Positions 36,988-48,674 of a stretch of 64,000 nucleotides of DNA are shown one piece after another. Origin of the DNA: Trypethelium eluteriae. Its lineage: Eukaryota. The stretch covers positions 1 to 64,000 of the forward strand of contig JAVECL010000022.1 in the NCBI GenBank assembly GCA_051942245.1, read 5' to 3'. Every line of letters begins with the position of its first letter. Within the stretch, counting starts at the first letter, position 1. The translations under genes and the position numbers were made by a program. Below the pieces are notes generated by a model that saw nothing but the letters and a program-made list of their open reading frames with translations, did not search any database and was not told where the DNA came from.

Positions 36988-38090
36988 TCAATCCAACCAA
37001 CCCCTGTACAAAATTCTGGCCCCCCACACGTCACCTCTCTTGACTCTGACCATGGACTTCCATTCTTCGGTGTTCAAGCTGTTGACGTATCTCTGCGGTT
37101 CCACGCAAAAGCCAGCCCTTGGCCCTCTTGCCGAAACGCCATTGACCTCTGGCACATCGATGAAGCTGCCCGTATAGAATTGGAAAGCCGGTTCTGTCGA
37201 GTGGACTTCAAAGTGGACCTTGGAGACCGCATGCTTGGCAGTCACAAGCAGTTTGAGGGGCTCGCTTCGAGTGTCCAGTGGAATCGATGAAGGGGCCTTT
37301 GATGGGTCGACAATAAAACAATGATCCACTGATGGCTCCTGCGGACCGAGCGTGAAGGATTTATTTGCGGTTATCCCTGGAAAAGGCTCAATTGAACCTT
37401 CTGGTATGGCACCCTCGTCGACAGGGAGGTGTTGATTCGTCGAAAGCGTGATTTCAGTCCCTTCAATCGTCGGTCCTCCGGAAAGGTTGAAGTAACTGAG
37501 GATCAATTTAGCAAAAGCTTTCATTCTACTCACCCCAGCGCGGGAGACAGTCGTAGCTCGCGATAGATTTACCTGTGATTTGTGACACCAACAGCAGTCT
37601 CTTCAATACCGCTCTCTTTCGCGGGATCTCCGCACATCTTTACCTCGTACTCAGTTTCCAGGACCGAGACTTCCTTTCCCACTGCATTTTTCTCAACCCC
37701 ACCAGTATACCAGATTTTGGCCTCCACCGCACCGGGAAAGCCTTCCTCGCCATCATCGCTCACCCGTTTGAAGAGCAAAGCCTCCTTGCCATTTCGCGTC
37801 TCCTTGACTGGTCCTTCCCAGACTCGCTTACCCCAGCCCTTTGGTCCTCCGTGCAAAGTATTCGGGCCATTGTTGGCGGTCAAAGGATAGCTTCGCCCAT
37901 TGAGATTGTTGATTTTTGCGCCGGAGATACGGTTCGAGACACGACCAATTGTTTCCCCGAAATAGGGCGAATTGTGGGACTGATAATCTGCGACGCTGGG
38001 AAAGCCTTGAACGATGTTGAGGCCGCCCACAGCGAAGCGCTGAATGATTGCGCCAAGCGGCAGGATAGTAAAGTTAGGAGCAGAAGCCAT
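36988..38090 (-). CDS. aldose 1-epimerase (galactose mutarotase)
   Basis: YFGETIGRVSNRI, NTLHGGPKGW, GEEGFPG, TNH|SYFNLSG, EPAFQFYTG, GFCVEPQ; one intron ~37572-37497. Confidence 0.93.
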
Positions 38091-39325
38091 TGTAGCTAGT
38101 TCGAGAGGTCAGGATGGAAACCTAGGCTCAGCTTCCTGGATGATAAGAATCTCGCTCTTATATCGTCGTCAGTAGGAGAGAAGGTGCAGGTACATTCACC
38201 GTAGCACGCCTGTCGAGGACAGGCTAGATTCTGCTGGTAGTGATGAAGCAAACATGATGAATGAGGGGAACAATTTTCTTTAGGCTAATGCCTGGTGGGG
38301 CTCGCCGTGTTCGCCTCATCACTCTGTTAAGAACAGGTTCAGGACTGCGTCAACGTATAGCAAACGACCAGATGCTCAAGAAAAGCACCAGGAAATTAGC
38401 GCGAGTTCACTCTTGAGGTGTTTGAGGTGTGGGTGGGGGAAAGAGGAGAGGAGGTCTCAGTGGCGTTGAAGGATGGACGTCCCCTTACCCCTGCAACATT
38501 GGTCAATGCCGTAGACTACTACAGTATACTGCGGAGTACTATAATAAATTCTCTAATGTCGGTCATGAAAAATAAGAAATTAGCGAACCGATTCTCGAAG
38601 AGCGGGGACAGTATCCATGGTCCAGTCTCAAATTATCCGGTTGATTTTTCATGAGCTACACATTGGTCGACATCATGATTATTTACCTTGGGATAAGCAT
38701 AAGGACTCTGGATTCGGAACCAATAAAATCTTGAAATTGCTTCACACTGTGACTCTTTGAGCGTGGGATTGGGTCTCCTGCTTGAAAAGGACCGAAAAGA
38801 GGCGCAAAGCAGGGGTAATGAAGCACGTTCCTGAATTGGACAGTCTAATAAAACTCCTTTGTCCAGAATACGCTAGCCAAACCATATGCACGAGCAGGTC
38901 CTAATGCTTCCAGACGCCCATCAAACTCTCCAAGATCTGTATCTCAACCCCTTTACGCCAAAATTCGCTCACTAGCAGCACGCCATCATGGGCTCAGATC
39001 GTCCCATAGCTCTCTGAAAGCCTGTCCAAAGACGAATCGGTCTTCAATTCGCCAGCTTCGATTGCCGAAGCTTTTCTTCTTCTCCTTTTCCTTCTCCACT
39101 TATATCAAGCCATACCTCACGGCCTGATGATTCTTTTGCCACTTTCGTGAAATGTGCGTCAGTTGACACGACGATATCTTCGCGTGAGGCAGTCATCTTT
39201 CCTCTTTCCAGGATTCTCTTCTGACAGGAGTTTAATAGGTCCCACCCACGCATGTGTTGGCTCGTTCCGTCCGATAGGGGCTGTGAGGGTCCTCATCATG
39301 ACATCGGTAGCGAGATAGGGAGTCC

Positions 39326-40411
39326 TTACGATACCGGTTGCGACAGATAATTGTTGAGTTCCAGTTCAGCTGGATCATCAATAAACTCATTCATGATTAT
39401 CGATCCTGCCCCGCCGTATCCGATTGCCCCTGGAGTGGAAGACGTCATAGAGGGATCGAAGTTCATACCGGTGAAATCATAGGGGGAGAATTGATCGATT
39501 TCCATGTTGTTGATGTTATCTTCGAAGGCCGTGTTCGGGTTCATCGAGGACGCAGCCCAGGGATCTCGTAATGTAGATGGATGAAGTACTGCTGGCTGAA
39601 CGCTTGATATTTGCCGCGTTGAGCTATTCTTGAAGGACGTATTGAGCTGTGGCACGCATGGGACAGGGCTCTGGCTCGATGGCGGTGTCATTGGTGCCGA
39701 GCGGCGAACGAATGGATGATTAAACGTCGGTTGATGAGCTGGTGCACTTATTGGTGTGGCCGAATGCGATGTGCCATTCGATAATGGAGACAATTGGCGA
39801 TGGTCGTGGTCATGCTCGGAATCTGAGGAGAAGGAGCCTCGTCGTTTGATGTATGGTGCACCACCGTCAAGCAGACGGCGTTGCATCTGTCCGCAATCCT
39901 CTTCAAATCCTTCATACTGATGACCTCTATCCTCTTTGGGATGAAGCAGGTCCAAACGAGCCAAGATATCGTGGGTAAGAGGGTGTCCGCCCTGTCCATC
40001 CGACAGCGGGGATCCAGGCCATTTTTCACCGTTCTGGAGACGCCGATACATTTCTTGTAGGCCAGCTACAAGCTGGTTTTGTTGTTGTTCTAGCATTTCC
40101 ACATATCTGGAACCACGCATTAGCCTAAGTTCTTGGCAGCTCTAGATACGAATGAGCTCACCCTTTTGGGTACACTTTGTCGTGGCTCTTCTTTCGTTCG
40201 CCGAATACGCAAATAGCGTTGTCTGCTTTACACCGACTGCAAGGGCTCGCACCATCACACTAATAACTATCAGTCTTTGTATTGTGCAGTATGACGTCTG
40301 GTTGGGTACCTTGGACTTTTTTAATCTACAACGATCGCATGCTTTGCATACGCGTTTGCGGATATTTGCATCAGTTGACTCAAGCGAGCCGGAGCGAGGA
40401 GAAGCAGCCAT
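39326..40411 (-). CDS. Zn(II)2Cys6 transcription factor (Fcr1-like short type)
   Basis: RKRVCKACDRCRLKKSK|CDGASPCSRCKADNAICVFGERKKSHDKVYPKG|YVEMLEQQQ..LVAGLQEMY..PLTHDILARL; 2 introns. Confidence 0.92.
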
Positions 40412-41065
40412 CTTGATGTTCCGCCTAGGCTTATGCAGCCTTATCAGATCTTGATGATCAGGAATTTGATGGCGTTAGGTGTTGCTTATTAAATGTTGAG
40501 GCGTAGAATGGTAACGAATCCTCGATCTCTTGAGTAAAACAACAACCTCTTAGTTGGGTGGTTCGATGTAGAGTTTATTGATGTTTTGTTACGCAAGTAG
40601 AAGGAAAGACCAGTGTAACAGAAGCTAGCTATGTGTTGACGTGAACAAGAGGGAAGTAGATCATGTACTCAATGTACCACCCGAGGTTTAAGATAGAGAG
40701 ACATGAAATGGACACGGAACAAATGGAAAGATGGTAAAGAAGTCCAAACAAACCAGGGCTTAGTGGGATATGTATATTGAATACGGACTAAACGGCACAG
40801 CAGCTGTAGCAGATGCACAAGCTCGTTCACATCATCCATGCAGCATCATGACTTCCCACGCGGAGCTATTGCGGCGGCATGGAAGCCGTTGGCCAGAGCG
40901 GCCCCTGCTACGATACAACGGGATGCAGACGCGCGATTTGACATGGTTGGCATGGTGGGCATGGTAGGGGCGATAGGCCTGCTCGAGGTTCGATGTGGCT
41001 TTGATGAATAAACGGCTGGGGTTAGACTATCGCCGAGTGCTGGGCGAAGAATGTGCATGCTGATC

Positions 41066-41127
41066 GACAGGGTGGGCAGGGTGGACAGGATGGACAGGAT
41101 GGACAGGATGGACAGGACAGGGACAGG
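41066..41127. repeat. 9-bp minisatellite (GGACAGGAT x~6-7, degenerate ends)
   Basis: gacagggt gggcagggt ggacaggat ggacaggat ggacaggat ggacaggac agggacagg. Confidence 0.8.
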
Positions 41128-43918
41128 CTCCGAGCCCGGCTGAGACAGGCCGAGAAAGTGGGCCCACCAGAAGGGTAACGGATCAGGGCAAAGAAGAGGA
41201 GGCAGGTGGCAGGGCTGTCCCATAGTAAGGAATACCCGAGAGTCGTGCGGGCGTGGGAGCGAGGGCGAGGAAGAGAGAGAGAGAGCATGAGAGAGCATGT
41301 GTGTTGGTCGGCGATCGGAACGTCTTGCTTTCCGCCCGAAGTCGCGCTTCGCCGTACAGCTGTCGCCGGCCACTACCTCATCACCTACATGAGCATCACA
41401 TCACCCACACATCACCCACATCACCACCTATGTAATCAGCAATGCTCTCACCAAATCAGGTCTCGGCCGTATCCTCAGTTACCTCTCCTTTTCCCCCTAA
41501 ACATCTCGACTTTTCTCCCCGCTAGAAACTCGGGTCTTGCGTATCTCTTCGCATGGTACTCGTCTCCTGGGCTGCCTTGCCTTGTGGGCTTTAGAGGCGC
41601 GACCGGCGGCTTTGACCGCACTTACCTGAGTTTTGGGAACAGGGTGCCGTTGCTGACAGTGCAGCCCGAGTCTACCAATCGCATTGATCTACATGGTTGA
41701 CTGTCGTGTTTATGGCCTTGGCTTGTGTCTAGACTCGCGACTGGGTGGCCGCCTTGAAACTTGTGCGGCAGAATATCGCCCTAAACGAAGCATAAAAATT
41801 CCAAGCGTTTCCCCAGTCTTTCTCTGCCCAATTCAATCTTCGCGTCTTGGAACCACCGCTTTAGGTACTTAGGTTGCGTCATCCCTCTGGGCTTAGCGCC
41901 AAGGTTGGCTCTGCGAGCCTCTCACGAACCTCGTGTCTGTACTCCGTACTAACAAAGCATCTCACTGCATTCCCGAGAAAAGATCAAGCAAACATATGCG
42001 TCGTCTACCTGTCTTAGACTAAGAGTCCATAGGATGGCCTACTAAGTCAGAAATCTAGGAGACTGACTCTCAGCCTTTGACGCCTGTGTAATATTCGGTC
42101 TTCAAATTATCGGGTCGCCGTCTGACGACTCAAAGGATCTCGCCTTATCGGTAACAGGATTGACTCATGTGCTCATCCAAAGCGGCAACCATCACTTTGC
42201 TGCCAATGACTATTCCTAGCTTTTGGATGTTAGCTGGTACTTGGCGAGTGCCATCAGCCGCAAATCTTCTGAAAATCATCCTTGAAGCTGTGCAGATGCT
42301 TTAACACAGAAGGTGCAGAAGGTCCTGCTCTGCGCCATGAAAACTTAATATCTCGGCGAAAGATGCCAAATTAAATCTAGGCGAATTCGATCCGTCCTGA
42401 TCTTCGCATGGATCGAGGTGGATTTTTTGTTTTGTTGTTCTTCGAATTGCTTTGAGTCTGCCTGTGACGAACCGTCCTCGTAAGCTTTGCTGTTTAGGGG
42501 AAATCCTTTTCTACGGCATACTGCGCCTCATTCTATGTTGGTCTGCAACATTTTACGCTGCACATCATAATTAAACAACGATGGAGCTATTGGAACTCAC
42601 TCGCATCTTGGCTCTAGATTACGCAAAGACCACGCGGCGCCTGAGTGTTCGTAGCATCTCCAGAGTCGCCCAGAGATGCTGTTCCGACGGCGCAACAATT
42701 ACAGGCACTGCAACAAGGATTGGTTGAGGCGCAAGGAGGAATCATCTAAACGCCTCATTACCAGCTAGGAAAGGTTTCCGTCTCCAAGCTAAGCATTTCA
42801 AATGCTTTGAAATAATCAGCATGCGTTCCACAGTGCCAAATTGGTATCGGACTTTCTTTAAGCCGTGTCGTCATTTTGCATCGACCTGGGCATGGAGTAT
42901 GTAGTACAGTATTTCTAAGGCTCTAGCCGATAGATCATTATGAGGGAAGATGAGCGGTCAACCTTAATCGGAAAGCTCCAGAGTTCAGACCGAGAATGGA
43001 GGAATATTCCGTAGCGTGGACCCAGCGTGGACCCAATTGTCCGGGTCAGCACACCGGCACCGGAATGATTCCAAGTGGACGAAAGACCGTATCTTTGGGA
43101 CCAACGACAATTCGCTCGGTGACATAAGCCAATCCCCCAAAATTGCAGTGCACAGTCAGCGGGAGCGGCAGGGATTATCATGCAGGTGGCGATCCGTCAA
43201 GTGGAATGCATCCTTGCCTACCCCAACCTCATACATGGTACAGCTCACCAGCGTTGTCAGTCCGTGGAACATAGCTCCATACGTCGCATGTGCTGCGATT
43301 TGTAAGGCGTCTGGAATTACAAAGGCTGCAAGTTACTTTAAAACATCCAGCTCTAGAACTAGCCCGCGCTCTCGGAAGGATGCTAAGATCGAGCGGCTCC
43401 ACGGACGTATGTCACATTTCTCAAGAACTTGCTCAATAGTGTGATCTATCATGATGTCTTTTCTCTGTTTCTCAACCCACAGGCTTCGATAATGCTTACC
43501 TTCTTCTTCAGTACCGAACGAACGCCTTTCCGTCTTGGCAGTTGTTTCCAACTTAGATGGATCGGCATGCAAGACACGCGCACCGTATCTTTCTCCCTGT
43601 AGGGATAGACTAAAGATTGCATGCGTTAGCGGGATAGATACAATAGGCAATGCTGAAGCCAGGCTTTGGGCTCTCATTCCACAACTTCTGGTAAAGCGTC
43701 TTTCTCAAACACAGACAATGGATACCATCAGTGTCTCTCTGGTAATAGTCGCGACAATTTTAGACAGTCGGGCTCGAAAGTACAGCAGAGTTCCACATAA
43801 TTTGAAAACAATCGTGAGACGCTTGACTAGTAGGCTGTACTGTGGAAAGTTGTGCAATCAGACGAGATGACAGACGAGTGGAAGGGTAGATCACGAGGAC
43901 CTTCGAATCGTTGACATG

Positions 43919-44100
43919 CCTTACCGCGGCTGGGGGGTTCCTCAACTGGTAATTAACACAATGTTACCTCAGTTTGACTGTTATGACCTTGTTGGTCCAT
44001 GTTAACACCGCCTTAACATGGGCCAACATGGTTATAACAGTAAAGTCGAAATAACATTGTATTAATTACCAGTTGAGGAACCCCCCCAGCCGCGGTACGG
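43919..44100. mobile_element. palindromic MITE-like element, copy 1 (182 bp)
   Basis: CCTTACCGCGGCTGGGGGGTTCCTCAACTGG...CCAGTTGAGGAACCCCCCCAGCCGCGGTACGG; foldback over its whole length; homologous to copies at 53904 and 57584; flanked by TG/TG. Confidence 0.88.
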
Positions 44101-44321
44101 TGCCTTTCAAAGGATGAATCCCTGCGACACCATCACAGATCGACATATCAGCGGTCTGAACAAATGGGACTAAGCAGCACATTGCGAAGGTGTTAATTTC
44201 TTGATAATCAAGGTCCCCTGGAGAGCGGTATGATCTACACGACATGTGTCCGAGCCGATTTGTCGCTTCCTAATACTCTGTGAATGTATGCTCTCTAATT
44301 GCAAAGAAAGGCGAGTGGGGG

Positions 44322-46590
44322 TCACGATTCTTCGGCCGGAATGACCGACTCTTCTCTCCTAGGCCGCCGCCAACGAACGTCGCCTGCGCTGGATCCTGCA
44401 TTGGATACCTGACGAGATTTGCCAAAGATGCCGATCCCGTTGCTGAAGATGCTTGTGTCAAGTAGCTCATCGAGCTCCTCTAATTCATCGACCACAGTTT
44501 GGGGCGTGTCGATGTCGAAAACAGCCTGGAGGTCCCCATGCACCGAAAAGCCTGAAAAATCCCACATGTCACGCCAGGATCGTTTTGTTGCGCCGCTCGG
44601 ATCCCTAGTCTTCTTTTTCCAAAGGTACCGCCGCTCGTAAAGACTGACGAAGAGTAAGATCGGAGCATTGAGAAAGCGCACGGCTCCAACGTTGATCTTG
44701 TGAAACCACCTAGCTGACAGCACAAACTTCAACGGCAGCATAAGTAAAAGAGCTAAGATGTTGAAAGGTGGTCGATACGCAAATATAGCGTCACTTTTGA
44801 CGCCTTCAAAAGTAAGTACCGCTCGACGGAATTGCACCTCTGCAGTTGCATTCGCGGAGAGCTTGGAAAATGTATTGCTCAGCATCGACACGAGTATAGT
44901 CAAGAAGAGTGTGTTGCCCAGGAATGCGAATGTGACAAATAGAACGGGGCCAAGTAGCCAATGCATTTCTACTGACTTCTGGATACCAGTCCCATCCAGT
45001 CCAAACCAGATCCAAAGCATCCATTTACTGATAGTGATCGATGCGTGCTGTCCGTTACTCAGCCATCGGAGAGAGAGAAGAAATCCCGCAAAGCACCAAC
45101 CAGCGAGCAACGTCAGGAAGGTAAAATCCGCCATCATTGCCCGAAGAGAAATGAGCAACATATTTTCGGGCATCAAGTTAAAAGCCAACCGAGGGAGCAG
45201 GACAGGCGCACCCATGCAAAGAATATCCAAGGCCTGCTTTCCAATGTCATCACTTCCCATAGAGAGACCATGCATACGAATGATGAAGTAGCCCGAATAG
45301 ATAGCAACGAAAGCAATGTCCAAGAAGGACCAGAGATTTTCGGTATGAACTTTCCAGCCGTGCTCCAGTATGGATGCGAACTCGTCCAGGATCCAGCCTG
45401 CGGCATAAATGCAGAAGGCGAGCTCAATGCCCGAAAATGTTAGATGGTTCTGGCGTCTCTGTCGTGCCTTAGTATTCGATACTTTGCACCATTCTCCATT
45501 TGTGGAATGGGACGAGATGGAAGAAAAAATGACTTACTCCCGTCCGATACTCGAACACCATGGTAAATAGATAGAGGACTAATAAGATTATAAATTGACA
45601 AACTTCGATAATATTACGCGTTCGCGGTACAACAAGGCGATACTGATTGAGTAGAGGCGCTTTCCTAGGATCGTACAGGGATATTGGCCGAAACTTATAG
45701 TGATCAGGTAAAATGTCGATAAAACTCGTTGGTGTGTAGATGATTCGGCCTCGATATACACCGTCGACTATCTTCTGGCAAGCAGCTGTGCTCAGGAACG
45801 ATTTAGACTCTGAGATGATGGCGACCTCCAACGCAGTAAGCATTCGCTCGTAGCCCGCTCTCCAGAAATGGCCTTTAACACCCCAGGGCAGAACGCGCTT
45901 AATCTCTCGGAGAACCTCGGGAGGAGCTTTTTGGAAAGGCTCAAAGCCAGCGACGAGAATGTTGGCGAGTAACAACAGCCCTTGACGTCCCTCGTTTTCA
46001 TCATCAAATCGCCGCAAAACCCTGCTGGCGACAATCTCGCACAGCTGAGCCCGAGTGAGGTTGACGGTCTGATGATGTGCCTGATAATTCTGCTCGCGAA
46101 GGAATTGCACACGATTGACGAGGAGGCAATACACTATCAGGTTTGAGTCAATCGATTTCAAGAACAGATTTTTCTTCTCAGTGCGTACCCACCGACAGAC
46201 ACATCATCTGGATCGTACAGATGATCGACCAGAGGTCTTACCACCGCTCCAACCATCCTCGGAGATCTCAACTGCTCGGGACTGTACGGGTCATCAATAC
46301 TTGCAATGACGAGCCTCCGAATGCTGCATTATGTGTTAGTAGAATATGGCAAGCAGGCCAGTCATCCTTAAGCATCTTTCGCACCGTTGGATTGTCATGT
46401 AAACAGGCAACCCAGCATGCGGGTTCTCTACATATGGCCGGTCATCTCGACGGGGCGGATAGCAGCCGTCGTCATCAGCCTGCTCTTCATCGCCAAGCAA
46501 AGTCTCTTGTTCTTCTCTTGAACGGGCTTGTCTCAGAGCTTCAGTGATGCTGCGAGTACTCTCCAGGCGCTCCATTGCCTGGCGTGCCAT
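44322..46590 (-). CDS. Yvc1/TRP-like non-selective cation channel (multi-exon)
   Basis: YCLLVNRVQFLREQ, TRAQLCEIVA, LTALEVAIISESKSFL, SLYDPRKAPLLNQYRLVVPR; TM region with pore-like WMLWIWFGLDGTG, FAFLGNTLFLTILVSMLSNTF, PPFNILAL. Confidence 0.88.
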
Positions 46591-47458
46591 AACGAGCAAG
46601 CTCCCTTACCCACTAGGAAGCGACGATCCTGTTCCAGAGCATTACTGCACGAAAAACAGAACAGGACTTTGCTGGCGCTTAGGCAATATTGAACGCATCG
46701 TCTATCGCGCTGTAAGTGGCTTTCCACAAAAGCAATGTTTACGACGAGTTCCGGGCCGCACACGATCCTGGCACGGAGCCGAGGTCATGCGATCCCGGCC
46801 CGATGTTCGCCCCGAAGTGCCTCATTTTGCCGGACTGCTCATCCGCCGCATTTGGTTTCTTCCAAGGCCTGGCGCTTTCCCCCTTACTCAGGACCTGTTG
46901 AGTGCCTTCCGGGATACACGGGGCAATAATGGCAGAATGAGTCCAAAGGTGTTTCTTCTTTTGGTCTATATTCGAACTTACACCTGGCTCTTCCATGCGA
47001 CTGTCCCAGCATCACAGCACGGCTGCTAAACTCAAGGCCAATATCGAAGACGGGGTACGAGTATTTCGTGAATTGTATTCCACAGGCTGGAGGACATACG
47101 TTTTCCAATTCTCAATTGAATGTTGGAAAAGCGACAGTATCATTGACGTGCACCACTATCTATCTCACACTTGGGTAGCAAGCACGTAGGGAGGGCAAAA
47201 CTCACAGGAAGTGGCCTGTGACTCCTCGCGACTACGACTACTATGTCGAGGCGAGCGCAAGCGCCATGGCTCTTTCTTCTTTGGAGTTTCTTGGGATCCT
47301 TTCCTCATGCGTTCCGAATACTTCTGCTGTCTTGTCTTTATCACTCCAAATCACATAAGACTTGGTCTGAGATCATTCATTTACTACTGCTATTATTCTC
47401 AGCTTTCGACATCTTTACTCCTGCGACACCACGCCAAAGCTTCGCTCTGTAGGCCGCC

Positions 47459-48132
47459 ATGCACGAGAAGAAATGGCAGCACAGCTTGATTTTCGGGTGT
47501 TACATATGTCGTACGACTACATGTAAGCTGCAACTTCAGCGAGCCTGTTTGTTGGTGGTTGTTTTCGTGTGTTCTAAGATATTCCATAATGTTCAGGTTG
47601 CCTTTCCTGTGTTGGGATGCCCAAGGCATCCGTGCTATTCGGTCAGACCAATTATCGTCTTGGTCACCCCGAGGATTCCACAGCTAGGGGTTACCATTGT
47701 CCCAATAAGCTTGCAAGTCCTGTCTCTTTGACAAATTTTGTATCTGGCTAACTTCATATTGTGCAGTGTGCTCTACACTGCCTTGCCACCTACATCTTCT
47801 GTCCGCTAGTCTGCTTGATACAATGTACTCAGCGAGGAAACATCCGCCACAGGCTTGATATAGAGGGATCCGCGTGCAACGACTGCTGCATCTCAATCTT
47901 CTGCCCGTGTTGCGAATTGGTTCAGATGGAACACGAGGTCCGAGATTGGCAGATACGCTCTGAAGGATACCATAAGCAACAACAAATGACATATGCCGCA
48001 TCAGAAACGATCGAACCATCACTCGGACCACCATCATCGCTACACTCACCCGGAGAACAAACGGGACAAGACCGTTCGCCGGTGACGAGGCAACAATCGA
48101 TATCGACGGAGAGAAGGCGGACTGGCTCTTGA
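47459..48132 (+). CDS. PLAC8-family cysteine-rich protein (exon boundaries approximate)
   Basis: KWQHSLIFGC; VLFGQTNYRL; QRGNIRHRLDIEGSACNDCCISIFCPCCELVQMEHEV is the PLAC8 C-terminal signature. Confidence 0.8.
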
Positions 48133-48674
48133 AGCATGGCAATGAGCTGGCGTGATGGCGTTGATATGCAACATGGAGATTGTTCCGTATATTCCCAACC
48201 TTGCTCTTCGTTCTTCGAGTCCCTAGTCTCTTCAGGGCCCCCCCATACTATCCTGCATCCTCACTGCCTCCTCCTCTGTTGGTCCATCATAATCCGGGTC
48301 TCGGTAGAAGCAGGTCTCTACCACTAATTTATCCATCAGGACATCTCTGCTGTCGTAATCGGCACTGGTTGCGCAACATTAGCGCCGACTAAGCTTAAAT
48401 CATGCATGAAGTTCCTTCCAGCCACTGTGACTTCATCTCAGCAGTACCAATTCTCATTCGATCATAATGATGCCCACGACACACAAGAGATGCAGGTTCG
48501 AGTTACTTACCAAGCCGACCTTGCTTTGCGACCCTGTAGTCGGCCGTAATACATGCCTGCCCAATGTTCACGGATGTTGTCATATCTGTTGATTTAGTCA
48601 GCCACTGGCCGCACTACTGGGACGAAGAACACGCTGTCTCATTCCTCCTTGCTTTTTGCATCAGCCACGGCAGG

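Noticed and set aside
36988..40411. Mutarotase + Zn2Cys6 TF as a GAL-type cluster
   Set aside because: TF is a short Fcr1-like type rather than Gal4-like, and no galactokinase, transferase or epimerase genes are adjacent
42900..43870. Possible spliced minus-strand gene (GCTAAC..TAG and GTAAGC signals)
   Set aside because: No joined frame gave a plausible protein
43919..44100. Hairpin as tRNA, rRNA or intrinsic terminator
   Set aside because: No cloverleaf or rRNA motifs; dispersed copies with TA duplications indicate a MITE
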